From contig NZ_CP080507.1 in assembly GCF_019464535.1 (NCBI RefSeq), positions 4,200,001-4,232,000 on the forward strand: a stretch of DNA of 32,000 nucleotides, given 5' to 3'. Below, one piece after another: positions 1-9,454 of this stretch. Both the position numbers and the translations under genes were made by a program. This DNA is from Horticoccus luteus. GTDB lineage: Bacteria > Verrucomicrobiota > Verrucomicrobiia > Opitutales > Opitutaceae. A model generated the notes under the pieces. It saw nothing but the letters and a program-made list of their open reading frames with translations. It was not told where the DNA came from and made no database searches. Position 1 is the stretch's first letter, and each line of letters begins with the position of its first letter.

Positions 1-9
1 CGTTTCCAA

Positions 10-39
10 GCCCGCCGGAGTCGGCGGGCTTTTTGTTTT
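10..39 (+). terminator. Rho-independent terminator for a plus-strand gene ending upstream of the window
   Basis: An 8-bp GC stem, gcccgccg (10-17) pairing with cggcgggc (22-29), has a 4-nt loop. It is followed directly by tttttgtttt (30-39). Confidence 0.7.
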
Positions 40-119
40 CTCGGCCTGGCGGTGCGAGAGTCCCCCGATACGCCGACGATGCGCCGCACGCTCCGCCGCG
101 CGGCGTCCCAGCGATCGGC

Positions 120-1124
120 TTACGTCGACGTATCGTAAACGCGTTCCGTGATGAGCCCTTGCAGCGGCCGTCCCGCCGCATACGCACGGAGATTCGCCAC
201 CGAAAACTCCCCCGCATCGCGCCGGCGGTCAGGCGTGGGACCCGCGATATGCGGCGTGAGCGAGACGTTCGGCAGCCCGCGAAAGGGCGAATCCGCCGGC
301 AGCGGCTCGACGGCAAACACATCGAGGCCGATCCTGATTTTCCCTTCCTGCGCCACACGCAACAGCGCCGCCTCGTCCACGACCGCGCCGCGTCCGACGT
401 TGACGAATACTCCGCCCGGCCGGATCAGCCGCAGCAGTTTCTCCGTGATGATTCCCGTCGTCGCCGGGATGAGCGGCGCCAGTTCGATCACCACGTCGTT
501 TTCCGCAAACAGCGTCTCGAGTGTCGACACCGCGCGCACACCGTAACGGCGCTCGGTCTCGGCATCGACGTCGGGCGCGCACACCGAAATCGCGCAGTGA
601 AACGGCTGCAACAGGCCCACGAGTTCGCGCGCCACCGGACCAAATCCATGCAGGCCCACGCGCTGTCCAAATAGCGAAGCCGTCTGCGGATTATCGTTAT
701 CCCAGCCTCCTTCACGGTGCATCGTCAGCGCCCAGTGCGTGCCGCGCCGCAGGCACGAAAGCGTGTGAAACAACGCACACTCGGCGACCATGCGGCCGAT
801 CGACCCGCCCCAATTCGTCACCCGCAAACCGCGCTCGAGATGCGCCCGGCTCACCAGCGTTTTTACCGAGCCCGCGAGATAACACACGTAACGCAACGCC
901 GGCGGCAACTCGGCCGGCAGCGGCGGCGTGCGCCAGCACGCGAGCAGGATTTCGGGATTCGCCTCGCGCAGCGCCCGATGAAACGCTTCCAAGGAAATTC
1001 CGGTGGTATCACACCAGGAAAATTTCGGCGTCAACGCGCGCACGTCAGCGAACAACGGCTCGGGCAGAAAGTCCGGTTGTTCATTCGCGGAGATGGCGGC
1101 AAGAAGAGAAGCAGGGCGGGTCAT
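120..1124 (-). CDS. D-isomer-specific 2-hydroxyacid dehydrogenase family, NAD-binding (334 aa)
   Basis: This is the C-terminal part of track ORF 120..1373. The ATG at 1124 (cat at 1122-1124) gives MTRPASLL. The Rossmann motif is GLHGFGPVARELVGLL. Catalytic-type motifs are GRGAVVDEAAL, DVFAVEPLP and TPHIAG (Arg/Glu/His triad context). Confidence 0.8.
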   Translation of the reverse strand: MTRPASLLAAISANEQPDFLPEPLFADVRALTPKFSWCDTTGISLEAFHRALREANPEILLACWRTPPLPAELPPALRYVCYLAGSVKTLVSRAHLERGLRVTNWGGSIGRMVAECALFHTLSCLRRGTHWALTMHREGGWDNDNPQTASLFGQRVGLHGFGPVARELVGLLQPFHCAISVCAPDVDAETERRYGVRAVSTLETLFAENDVVIELAPLIPATTGIITEKLLRLIRPGGVFVNVGRGAVVDEAALLRVAQEGKIRIGLDVFAVEPLPADSPFRGLPNVSLTPHIAGPTPDRRRDAGEFSVANLRAYAAGRPLQGLITERVYDTST

Positions 1125-1371
1125 GGTAAAAGTAAGCGCTGTGTCGAGGAGAGCGGCGGACCGCACGTGGTGCGGCTGACACGCCTTCCACAAATCAAAG
1201 GACGGAAAAGAACCAGCGGTCGAGGGCGATAAAATCCCGTCGCCGCGCCGTCGCCGCCGCGCTCTCGTCTCCGCTGCCAACCACGGCCGACGGCCGCGCC
1301 GGTGGCTGCGCGTGCACCGTTTGGCCGTTGCGACTGCGCCGCGGCGGCCTCTTATTGCCCGCCTTCCGCTC

Positions 1372-2109
1372 ATGCCCGCCGCGTCCTCCGACTCTTCGTC
1401 CGCGCCCGAGTGGGTTTTCCAGGCACGCGCGTTGAGTAAAATTTACGGTCATGGTGAAGCTGCCGTACACGCACTCGCGGGCATCGATCTCGCCTGCCGT
1501 CCCGGCGAGTTTGTCGTCGTGCTCGGCGCGTCCGGCAGTGGCAAATCCACGCTGCTCAACCTCCTCGGCGGCCTCGATACGCCGACCAGCGGCTCCTTGA
1601 TTTATCGCGACTGGGATCTCGCGCACGCGGACGAATCCACGCTCACCGACTATCGCCGCCACGCCGTCGGCTTCGTTTTCCAGTTCTACAATCTCATCCC
1701 CAGCCTCACCGCGCGGGAAAACGTCGGCCTCATCACCGAGATCGCCCCGAATCCCCTCGCCCCCGAAGATGCCCTCGCGCTCGTCGGCCTCAGCGCGCGT
1801 CTCGATCACTTTCCCGCCCAGCTCTCCGGCGGTGAACAACAACGCGTCGCCATCGCGCGCGCCATCGCCAAACGCCCCGCCGTGCTCCTCTGCGATGAGC
1901 CCACCGGCGCCCTCGACGTCCGCACCGGCCTCACCGTGCTCGACGCCATCCAGCGCATCAACCGCGAGGTCGGCACCCTCACGATGGTGATCACGCACAA
2001 CGCCGTGATCGCCGACATGGCCGACCGCGTCCTCACCCTGTCGGACGGCCACATCACCGGCGAGCGCCGCAACGCCCGGCCCGCCGACGTCGCCAGCCTC
2101 GCCTGGTAA
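1372..2109 (+). CDS. ABC transporter ATP-binding protein (MacB/LolD/YbbA-like)
   Basis: Walker A is GASGSGKST, the signature is [14 protein letters not shown], Walker B is [11 protein letters not shown] and the H-loop is ITHN. The track ORF starts at GTG 1312; the first ATG is at 1372, so the start is uncertain by 60 nt. Confidence 0.9.
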   Translation: MPAASSDSSSAPEWVFQARALSKIYGHGEAAVHALAGIDLACRPGEFVVVLGASGSGKSTLLNLLGGLDTPTSGSLIYRDWDLAHADESTLTDYRRHAVGFVFQFYNLIPSLTARENVGLITEIAPNPLAPEDALALVGLSARLDHFPAQLSGGEQQRVAIARAIAKRPAVLLCDEPTGALDVRTGLTVLDAIQRINREVGTLTMVITHNAVIADMADRVLTLSDGHITGERRNARPADVASLAW

Positions 2110-2113
2110 CGCC

Positions 2114-4480
2114 ATGCGCGCGCTCGACCGCAAACTCCTGCGCGATCTCGCGGCGTTGAAATCACAGGCCTTCGCCGTCGCCCTCGTGATGGCGTGCGGC
2201 CTCGCCATGATGATCATGACGCGCAGCCTCATCCTCTCGCTGGCGAGCACGCGCGATGCCTACTACCGCGACTACCGCTTCGGCGATATTTTCGCCGCGC
2301 TCAAACGCGCCCCCAACTCCGTCGCCGCCGAGCTCGCCGCGATCCCCGGCGTCTCCGTCGCCCAAACCGGCATCGCCCTGCAAGCCACGCTCGACCTGCC
2401 CGACATGGCGCAGCCCGCGACCGGCTTGTTTCAATCGTTGCCGGAGCGCGGCGAACTCCGCCTCAACCGCCTGTATCTCCGCCGCGGGCACATGCTCGCC
2501 GGTCGCGGCACGACGGGCGAGGTGCTCGTGGGCGAGGCGTTCGCCGAGGCGCACGGCCTCAATCCCGGTGATCACATCACCGCCGTGCTCTACGGCCGCC
2601 AGCAGACGTTTCGCATCGCCGGGATCGTGCTCGCGCCCGAATTCGTCTTCGAAGCGCCACCCGGTGCCGCGCTCCCCGACCATCGCACCTACGGCGTGTT
2701 CTGGCTCCCCTACAAGGAACTCGCCACCGCCAGCAACCTCTACGACGCCTTCAATAACGTCGTCGTTTCCCTCGCGCCCGGCGCCCGCGCCGAGGCCGTG
2801 ATCGCCGCCGTCGACCGCATCCTCCAGCCCTACGGCGGCCGCGGTGCCTACGGTCGCGACACCCATCCTTCCCACACCCGGTTGCGCGACGAGATCCGCA
2901 TCCTCCAAGGTCTCTCCATTGGCTTCCCCCTCGTGTTCCTGGGCGTCGCCGCGTTCATGACCAACGCCGTCATGGGCCGGCAGATCACGTTGCAACGCGA
3001 ACAGATCGCGATGCTCAAAGCCTGCGGTTTCTACAACCGCGCCATCGCCTGGCATTATCTCAAGTTCGCCGTCGCGATCGTCGCGGTCGGCACGCTGATC
3101 GGCACCGCCGCGGGCATCGGGCTCGGCCACCTGCTCGTGGACATGTATCATTTGTTCTTCCGCTTTCCGCAGCTCGAATTCCACCTCGCGAAAAGCGTGC
3201 TCCTCGCCGCCGTCGCCGTCAGCGCGCTCGCCGCGTTTGTCGGCGTCGCCGGCGCCGTCCGCCGCGCCGTGCGCCTCCCGCCCGCCGAGGCCATGCGCCC
3301 GGAACCACCCGCCCGCTTTCGCCCCGCCGTCATCGAACGGCTTGGTTTCGGCCGCCGCTTCAGCGCCTCGTTTCGCATGGCCCTGCGCAACATCGAACGC
3401 CGCCCCGTGCGCTCGCTCCTCACCGCGGTCGCGCTCGCGCTCGCCACCGGCATTCTCATCGTGCCGAGCGCGCTGCGCGATGGGATCAACTACGTGCTCG
3501 ATTACCAGTGGGACCTTGTGCAGCGGCAGACCGTTTACGTTTCCCTCATCGAGCCCGGCCCGCCGCAGGCTCTCGCCGACTTGCGCAACCTGCCCGGAGT
3601 GATCCTCGCCGAGCCCGTCCGCGCCGCCGCCGTCGAACTGCGCGCGGGCAACCTCCACCGCCGCCTCGGCCTCCTCGGTTATCCCGTGCACGCCACGCTC
3701 AACCGCGTGCTCAATGCCCGCGACGAGGAGATCGTCCTGCCCGCGCACGCCCTTGTGCTCTCGGCCAAGCTCGCCGAAGTCCTTGGCGTGCGCCCCGGCG
3801 ATCTGCTCACGGTGCAGGTCCTCGAAGGCCGCCGCCGCACGTTCGCCCTCCCCGTCGCCGCCCTCTCGCAGGACTTCGCCGGCACCGCCGCGTTCCTCCA
3901 ACTCGACGGACTCAACCGCCTGCTCGGCGACGGCGACCGCATCACCGGCGCCTATCTCTCCGTCGAGGGCGCGCAATGGCCCGCGTTCCTCGCCGCGTTG
4001 AAAAAGGCGCCACAGATCGCCAACACCGTCGTCAAATCCGCCATTCGCGACAGCTTCCGCGACACCACCGCGCAAAGCATCGGCCTCATCCAAAAACTCT
4101 ACCTCACCTTCGCCACCATCGTGGCGTTTGGCATCGTCTATAACAGCGCGCGCATCTCCCTCTCCGAGCGCCAGCGCGAACTCGCCACGCTGCGCGTCGT
4201 CGGTTTCACCCGCGCCGAAGTGGGTGCGGTGCTGGTCGGCGAACTCGTGATCCTCACCGCGGTCGCCGTGCCCGTCGGCCTGTTGCTCGGCTCCGGTTTC
4301 GCCGCCGTCATCATCGCCACCGTGAACACGGAGTTCGTGCGCCTGCCCGTCATTCTCACGCCGTTCAACTACGCCTTCGCGGTGCTCGTCATCGTCGTCG
4401 CCACCGCCCTCTCCGCGCTCTTCGCCACCCGCCGCCTCGGTCAACTCGATCTGGTTGGCGTCCTCAAGGCCCGCGACTAA
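2114..4480 (+). CDS. ABC transporter permease with two FtsX-type domains (YbbP-like, 788 aa)
   Basis: It starts 4 nt after the ATPase stop. It has two repeated halves, each with a long extracytoplasmic segment followed by a hydrophobic cluster. FtsX-type motifs are [12 protein letters not shown] in the first half and [12 protein letters not shown] in the second. Confidence 0.85.
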   Translation: MRALDRKLLRDLAALKSQAFAVALVMACGLAMMIMTRSLILSLASTRDAYYRDYRFGDIFAALKRAPNSVAAELAAIPGVSVAQTGIALQATLDLPDMAQPATGLFQSLPERGELRLNRLYLRRGHMLAGRGTTGEVLVGEAFAEAHGLNPGDHITAVLYGRQQTFRIAGIVLAPEFVFEAPPGAALPDHRTYGVFWLPYKELATASNLYDAFNNVVVSLAPGARAEAVIAAVDRILQPYGGRGAYGRDTHPSHTRLRDEIRILQGLSIGFPLVFLGVAAFMTNAVMGRQITLQREQIAMLKACGFYNRAIAWHYLKFAVAIVAVGTLIGTAAGIGLGHLLVDMYHLFFRFPQLEFHLAKSVLLAAVAVSALAAFVGVAGAVRRAVRLPPAEAMRPEPPARFRPAVIERLGFGRRFSASFRMALRNIERRPVRSLLTAVALALATGILIVPSALRDGINYVLDYQWDLVQRQTVYVSLIEPGPPQALADLRNLPGVILAEPVRAAAVELRAGNLHRRLGLLGYPVHATLNRVLNARDEEIVLPAHALVLSAKLAEVLGVRPGDLLTVQVLEGRRRTFALPVAALSQDFAGTAAFLQLDGLNRLLGDGDRITGAYLSVEGAQWPAFLAALKKAPQIANTVVKSAIRDSFRDTTAQSIGLIQKLYLTFATIVAFGIVYNSARISLSERQRELATLRVVGFTRAEVGAVLVGELVILTAVAVPVGLLLGSGFAAVIIATVNTEFVRLPVILTPFNYAFAVLVIVVATALSALFATRRLGQLDLVGVLKARD

Positions 4481-4497
4481 ACCCTTCCCCGCTGTTC

Positions 4498-5742
4498 ATG
4501 GAAACCGCTCCCGCTACTTCGCCCGCCCGCCCGCGCCGACGCTCGCGTCACCTCCCGTGGCTCGCCGCCGCCGTGCTGCTCGCGCTCATCGTCGCCGGCC
4601 TGTGGCCCGCCGCCCTCCCCGTCGAACTCGCCCCCGCCGCCCGCGGCCCCCTCACCGTCACCGTCAACGAAGTGGGCATGACCCGCGTGAAAAACCGCTA
4701 CGTCATCTCCAGCCCCGTCGCCGGCCACCTGCGCCGGATCGCATGGAAAGCCGGCGCGCCCGTCATCGCCGGCCAAACCGTGCTCGCGGTCCTCGAAACC
4801 AACGCCGCCGATTTTCTCGACGCCCGCTCCCTCGCGCAGGCCGAAGCCCGCACGCAAGCCATGCAAGCCGCCCGCGAACAAGCCGCCGCGCAACTCGCCC
4901 GCGCCACGGCCGCCGCCCGCCTCGCGCACACCGACTTCACCCGCGCCCAACGCCTCTTCGCGCAACGCTCGCTCTCGCAGCAGGAACTCGACACCGCCAC
5001 CCTCCACGACACCACCGCCGCGGCCGATCAACGCGCCGCCGAATTCGGCCTCAAAGTCGCCGACTACGAACTCGCGCAGGCCCGCGCCGTCCTCGATCGC
5101 GGCCAGCCCGCGACCGACCCCGCCTCGTCGCCGCCACCCTTGGTGCTCACCTCTCCCGTCAACGGCCGCGTGTTGCGCGTCCTGCAGGAAAGCGAACGCG
5201 TCGTGCCCGCCGGCCTCCCGCTGCTTGAAGTCGGCGATCCCACCGATCTCGAAGCCCGCATCGAAGTTCTCTCGCGCGATGGCGTCGCGATCCAGCCCGG
5301 CGCGCAAGTCGCGCTGGACCGCTGGGGCGGCGCCGCGCCGCTCAACGGCCGCGTGCGCCTCGTCGAGCCGTCCGCGTTCACCAAAATCTCCGCCCTCGGC
5401 GTGGAAGAGCAACGCGTCTACGTCATCGTTGATTTCACCGATCCCGTGGAAAAACGCGCCACGCTGGGCGACGCCTATCGCGTCGAAGCGCGCATCGTCA
5501 CCTGGTCCGGCACCGACGTCCTGCGCGTGCCCTCCGGCGCCCTATTCCAACGCGGCACCGCCTGGCAGACCTTCGTGGCCGACGGCCATCGCGCCCGGCT
5601 GCGCGCCATCACGCCCGGCCATTCGAACGGCCTTGAAACTGAAATCCTCTCCGGCCTGAAAGCAGGCGAAAAGGTTATCGTCTATCCCGGCGACAAAATC
5701 GCCGACGGCGTGCGCATCACCGAACTGCAAGTCGCGCCCTGA
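4498..5742 (+). CDS. HlyD-family periplasmic adaptor (membrane fusion protein)
   Basis: The N-terminal anchor is LPWLAAAVLLALIVAGLW. A lipoyl-like motif reads ISSPVAGHLRRIAWKAGAPVIAGQTVLAVLE, followed by an Ala/Gln-rich coiled-coil hairpin and a C-terminal beta-domain. The gene lies 17 nt downstream of the permease. Confidence 0.85.
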   Translation: METAPATSPARPRRRSRHLPWLAAAVLLALIVAGLWPAALPVELAPAARGPLTVTVNEVGMTRVKNRYVISSPVAGHLRRIAWKAGAPVIAGQTVLAVLETNAADFLDARSLAQAEARTQAMQAAREQAAAQLARATAAARLAHTDFTRAQRLFAQRSLSQQELDTATLHDTTAAADQRAAEFGLKVADYELAQARAVLDRGQPATDPASSPPPLVLTSPVNGRVLRVLQESERVVPAGLPLLEVGDPTDLEARIEVLSRDGVAIQPGAQVALDRWGGAAPLNGRVRLVEPSAFTKISALGVEEQRVYVIVDFTDPVEKRATLGDAYRVEARIVTWSGTDVLRVPSGALFQRGTAWQTFVADGHRARLRAITPGHSNGLETEILSGLKAGEKVIVYPGDKIADGVRITELQVAP

Positions 5743-5907
5743 GGAGGAATCACACCGCACGCAGCCGATGGGTGAGCCGTGCGCTCCGCCGCGCGGCTGC
5801 TTGAGCCACCGCCACCCGTCGCTCGCTCACTCGGGCCGAAATCCTCTCGGCACCCGGATGTGTGCGCGCACAGCCTGGCCATTCTTGCGCGTCGCGCCGC
5901 GCGGCGG

Positions 5908-6372
5908 TTACGGGTCCCGTCGCAGTTGTTGGGCCGGCCCTTCCTTCCAATCGATTTTGAATTGGATGGGCACCCGCAACTTCGCCCGCACCGGATGTCC
6001 GCCGGCTTGCGCGGGTCGGAATTTCCATTTTTTGACGCATTCCACCGCGGCCTCCGCGAACATCGTATCGGTCGCCGTGAGTTTCGCGCCGGGCGGATGG
6101 ACCGCATGCACATCGCTGAGGCTGCCGTCGGCTTCAACGACGAACGCCACGATCACTTCGCCGCTTAACCCAAAGTTTTTCTGCGCCAGCGGATAGTAAG
6201 GCGCGACCGCCTTGACCACCACCGGCGGCATGTCCGCGTGCGGAAATTCGCCCGCCGGCGCGTTCGCTGCAGTGACACGCGTCGCCACCGGCCGCGTCGG
6301 CTCCGCGGCGCATCCGCCTAAAAACAACACCGCCGCAGTGACTCCGGTAACCATCCATGTGCGCGGGTGCAT
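5908..6372 (-). CDS. TonB C-terminal-domain lipoprotein (154 aa)
   Basis: The signal peptide has a lipobox-like LFLGGC. The TonB_C pattern is YPLAQKNFGLSGEVIVAFVVEADGSLSDVHAV ... AVECVKKWKFRPA. ATG confirmed at 6372. Confidence 0.75.
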   Translation of the reverse strand: MHPRTWMVTGVTAAVLFLGGCAAEPTRPVATRVTAANAPAGEFPHADMPPVVVKAVAPYYPLAQKNFGLSGEVIVAFVVEADGSLSDVHAVHPPGAKLTATDTMFAEAAVECVKKWKFRPAQAGGHPVRAKLRVPIQFKIDWKEGPAQQLRRDP

Positions 6373-6473
6373 GGCGCGATAAAGCGCGGCGCACGCTGCG
6401 GGTCAAGGGACAGCGCCCGCGCGCAGCCCCGCTCCATGCTCTGCTGCCGTAGAGCGCCGCCTTGTCGCCCGCG

Positions 6474-7892
6474 CTACTCGAGCGCCGTCGTTTTCAGGCT
6501 GCTCAAATCCATGCCCGGCGCGCACCCAAACGGCGCGGCGAGCACGGATCCGAGTTCGATTTGTCCCTCGCGCACATCGACGCGCGGCCAGCCTCCTTCA
6601 GTCTGCGTATAGAGATCGCTGTGATGCGCCCGAATGTGCGCCTGCACCGCCGCGGGAAATTGCGCGAGCCCCGCAAAGTAGTGGTGCCCGTTGCGCTCCA
6701 CGCTCTCGACGCCGAGCACCGTCTGCACCGCGAGATCCTGCAGCAATGCGACGGGCCCCACGTTCGACAAATCTTCTCCGCTCAACATCCCCGGCTCACC
6801 CCGCTTGCGACGTTGCGCGAGCAGGCACGCGTTGGCAATGCCCTTGAAAACGCCTTTGCAATTCTTGTGGCTCGTGCCCGCGTAACCCAGCGCCAGGGCG
6901 CGCGGCAGGCTCCCGATCTCTGCATCCGATTCGTCGATAATGATCGGCGGCCGCTCCGGCCACGCGCGCGTGAGTTCGCCGATCGCATCGCTCAACGCCA
7001 CATCGCGATGCCACGGCTGTTCGATGAACAGCAACTTCGGCCAGAGCGACGCAAGCGCCTCGTCCGCCATCAACCCGCGCGCATAGTCGGCAAACGCGGC
7101 CACCTCGTGAAAGCTCTCGTTGCCGTCGAGCGAGAACGCGAAATCGCCGCCGCACTCGCGCGCGAAAATTCGCGCCATCTTCGCCAGCCGCGCACGATCG
7201 CGCGCCGCCTCGCCGTTGATCTTCAGTTTGAAGTGCCGCAGCCCGTAAAAACGCACGCACTCCTCCAGCGTTTGCGGCAGCCCATCGTGCGCGCGCTCCG
7301 CCGCCGGCAATTCGTCCGCTTCGAGCGGATCGCTCAATCCCACCGTGTGCCGCGCAAACACCCGCGTGCGCGGCGCCGCCGGCAGCCAGTCGCCCGGCGC
7401 GCTGCCCGCGAGCGAGGGATGCACCGCGCCCAAGTCCACACCCAGCGCGTTCGTGCGCACCGCCGCGGCGAAATTCAACCCGCCCGCCCGGCAAAACGCA
7501 TCGATCAACGCGCGCTCCACGAGCGTCGCGCCGAACTGCGCGAGCAGTGGCGGGATGTTTTCCGCCGAGCCCCACGCCGCCTGCCGCGCGTAGAGTTCGC
7601 GCCAGAATTGAAACGGCGTCGGGGCCGCCACCGTCCGCGCGTGCGTCACCGCGGCGACGATCACGCGCCGCATTTCGCTCACTTCCTCGTCGAGCGCGCG
7701 CCGGGGATCCTTCGTAAACCATTTCGGCGGCAGATGGTCGGCCGCCAGTCCGAGCCACTCCTTCCCGTCGATCGTGAAAGTCAGTTCGAGGATGACATGC
7801 GTCACCTCCGTCATGGTCGCGATGCCGTAGCGAAACGGCATGCGCGCGCGCAACGGTTGCTCCGCCAGTCGTGCCTTGCTCAGCGTGATCAT
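6474..7892 (-). CDS. Enolase-superfamily protein (mandelate racemase / muconate lactonizing enzyme-like, divergent, 472 aa)
   Basis: The ATG at 7892 (MITLSKARL) is preceded by GGAGG with a 5-nt spacer. Barrel-domain motifs appear in the expected order: KLKINGE (KxK), SLDGNES, FIEQPW, IIIDESD and SHKNCKG. The track ORF extends to 7985, but that extension overlaps the upstream gene. Confidence 0.7.
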   Translation of the reverse strand: MITLSKARLAEQPLRARMPFRYGIATMTEVTHVILELTFTIDGKEWLGLAADHLPPKWFTKDPRRALDEEVSEMRRVIVAAVTHARTVAAPTPFQFWRELYARQAAWGSAENIPPLLAQFGATLVERALIDAFCRAGGLNFAAAVRTNALGVDLGAVHPSLAGSAPGDWLPAAPRTRVFARHTVGLSDPLEADELPAAERAHDGLPQTLEECVRFYGLRHFKLKINGEAARDRARLAKMARIFARECGGDFAFSLDGNESFHEVAAFADYARGLMADEALASLWPKLLFIEQPWHRDVALSDAIGELTRAWPERPPIIIDESDAEIGSLPRALALGYAGTSHKNCKGVFKGIANACLLAQRRKRGEPGMLSGEDLSNVGPVALLQDLAVQTVLGVESVERNGHHYFAGLAQFPAAVQAHIRAHHSDLYTQTEGGWPRVDVREGQIELGSVLAAPFGCAPGMDLSSLKTTALE

Positions 7893-7902
7893 CGCGGCCT
7901 CC

Positions 7903-8352
7903 TCAACCGCGCCCGCCGCGCAACAACACGAGGTGATCGATGCCGTGCTCCTCGAACTCCCGCCAGTAGCGGTCCTCGAGCGCACTCAACCGCTCGTGTT
8001 CGTCCTCGGAAAATTCCTCCGCCAGCTTCGTCGCGCCCAGCTCCGCCAGCAGATCGCGCTCCGCGAGACGATGCACCAACTCCTGCCAGAACACGTCGTC
8101 GAGAAAGTCCTCCAGCTTCTGCCGCGCGGGACCTTCCTCCAACTCCTCCGATGCCACGAGCGCGCCGTCGCCCCCGTCCGCCACACTGCGCGCACAACCC
8201 AGCGGAGTCGCCAGCTCATACATCTTTTGCTCCAGCTCCGCGTAGCGCGCCGGCGGCGCGTCGTCCTCCTCGCCTCCTCCCGCCACTTGCATCCCGAGCC
8301 ACATGAGCTCGAGCAACCGCTCGTATTCCTTCGCTGTAAACGAGACCTTCAT
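7903..8352 (-). CDS. Hypothetical acidic protein (149 aa), no family recognised
   Basis: ATG at 8352 (MKVSFTAKEYERLLELMW). The third codon position is GC-rich, like its neighbours. Its stop lies 10 nt before the enolase-family start and overlaps that gene's GGAGG ribosome-binding site. The protein is rich in Glu, Asp and Leu. Confidence 0.55.
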   Translation of the reverse strand: MKVSFTAKEYERLLELMWLGMQVAGGGEEDDAPPARYAELEQKMYELATPLGCARSVADGGDGALVASEELEEGPARQKLEDFLDDVFWQELVHRLAERDLLAELGATKLAEEFSEDEHERLSALEDRYWREFEEHGIDHLVLLRGGRG

Positions 8353-8426
8353 CGTCGCACCGTTTCGGCAGTTCCCCACCCGCGCAATCCCCAATCACAT
8401 CTTCCCGCGCGCGCACCTCCGCCGCC

Positions 8427-9443
8427 TCACAACGCGATCATCGCCTTGATCACCCCGGTCTCCGGCCGCGTCCAACGCGCAAACACCTCCGGCACTTCCG
8501 CCAGCGCGGCGCGATGCGTCACCCATGCCTGCGTGTCGATCCTCCCCGCCTCGATCATCGCAATGATACCGCGAAAGTCCGCGGCCGTGCTGTTGCGACT
8601 GGCGAGCACACTCAACTCGCGCCGGTGAAACGCCGGATCGTCGAACGCGAGCTCGCCCTGCACCAGCCCGACCAGCACCAGCCGCCCCGCCGCCGCCGGC
8701 CACGCAAAGCTCTGCTGCATCGCCGCCGCGTTGCCGGTTGCATCGAATACGACGGTCGGCAATTCGCCGCCCAACCGCTCGCGCAACGCGTCCGCTGTCG
8801 ACAGGTCCGCCGCATCCAGCGTCGCCACCCCGAGCCATTGCCCGACAAACGCCCGGCGCGCTGCACTCACATCCAGCACCGTCACCCGCGCACCCGCGGC
8901 TTTGGCAAACTGCGTGACCGCGAGTCCGATGGGCCCGGCGCCGACCACGACCACGCCTTCATCCTTTTCCACCGCCCCGCGCGCCACCGCGTGCGCGCCG
9001 ATGCCGAGCGGTTCCACCAACGCGAGTTGCTCCAGCGTCAGCCGCGACGAAACGTGCACCTTCCGCGCCGGCACCACGAGTTCCTCCGTCCAGCCGCCGT
9101 CGACGTGCACGCCCAGCACGGTCAGCGCTGCACAACAATTCGTGCGGCCGCGCCGGCACGCCCCGCATTCTCCGCATTCCAAATACGGTTCCACCGCCCC
9201 GCGGTCGCCCACGCGCAACGTCGTCACGGCCGCGCCCAGCTCCACCACCTCCACCGCCAGTTCGTGGCCCGGCACCCGCGGATACGTGAAGAGCGGCTGG
9301 CGCCCCGCAAACGCATGCAGATCCGTCCCGCACACGCCGCTGCAGCGCACGCGCACCCGCACGTCCTCCGCTCCTGGCGCCGCGGCACGCGCCCGCTCCA
9401 CCACGCGGAGCTGCCCGGGTTTTTCCAATAACAGCGATTGCAT
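8427..9443 (-). CDS. Zinc-dependent alcohol/polyol dehydrogenase (MDR superfamily, 338 aa)
   Basis: ATG at 9443 (MQSLLLEKPG) follows a GAGGGAG ribosome-binding site. Motifs are GVCGTDLH, GHE, the structural-zinc Cys cluster CGECGACRRGRTNCC, and the Rossmann VVGAGPIGL. The track ORF 8427..10169 is an artefactual upstream extension. Confidence 0.88.
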   Translation of the reverse strand: MQSLLLEKPGQLRVVERARAAAPGAEDVRVRVRCSGVCGTDLHAFAGRQPLFTYPRVPGHELAVEVVELGAAVTTLRVGDRGAVEPYLECGECGACRRGRTNCCAALTVLGVHVDGGWTEELVVPARKVHVSSRLTLEQLALVEPLGIGAHAVARGAVEKDEGVVVVGAGPIGLAVTQFAKAAGARVTVLDVSAARRAFVGQWLGVATLDAADLSTADALRERLGGELPTVVFDATGNAAAMQQSFAWPAAAGRLVLVGLVQGELAFDDPAFHRRELSVLASRNSTAADFRGIIAMIEAGRIDTQAWVTHRAALAEVPEVFARWTRPETGVIKAMIAL

Positions 9444-9454
9444 GCCGCGCTCCC

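Noticed and set aside
1195-2250. 351-aa minus-strand ORF antisense to the ABC ATPase
   Set aside because: The plus-strand frame carries Walker A and B, signature and H-loop motifs. The antisense product is low-complexity Gly/Ala/Glu/Arg.
2162-4444. 760-aa minus-strand ORF antisense to the double-FtsX permease
   Set aside because: Its composition is dominated by Gly, Glu, Asp, Ala and Arg, with no motifs. It exactly shadows a plus-strand gene that has clear FtsX architecture. This is a typical GC-rich antisense open frame.
6462-8306. 614-aa plus-strand ORF opposite the enolase-family and acidic ORFs
   Set aside because: It is an Arg-rich low-complexity translation. The minus-strand genes have enzyme motifs and a GGAGG ribosome-binding site.
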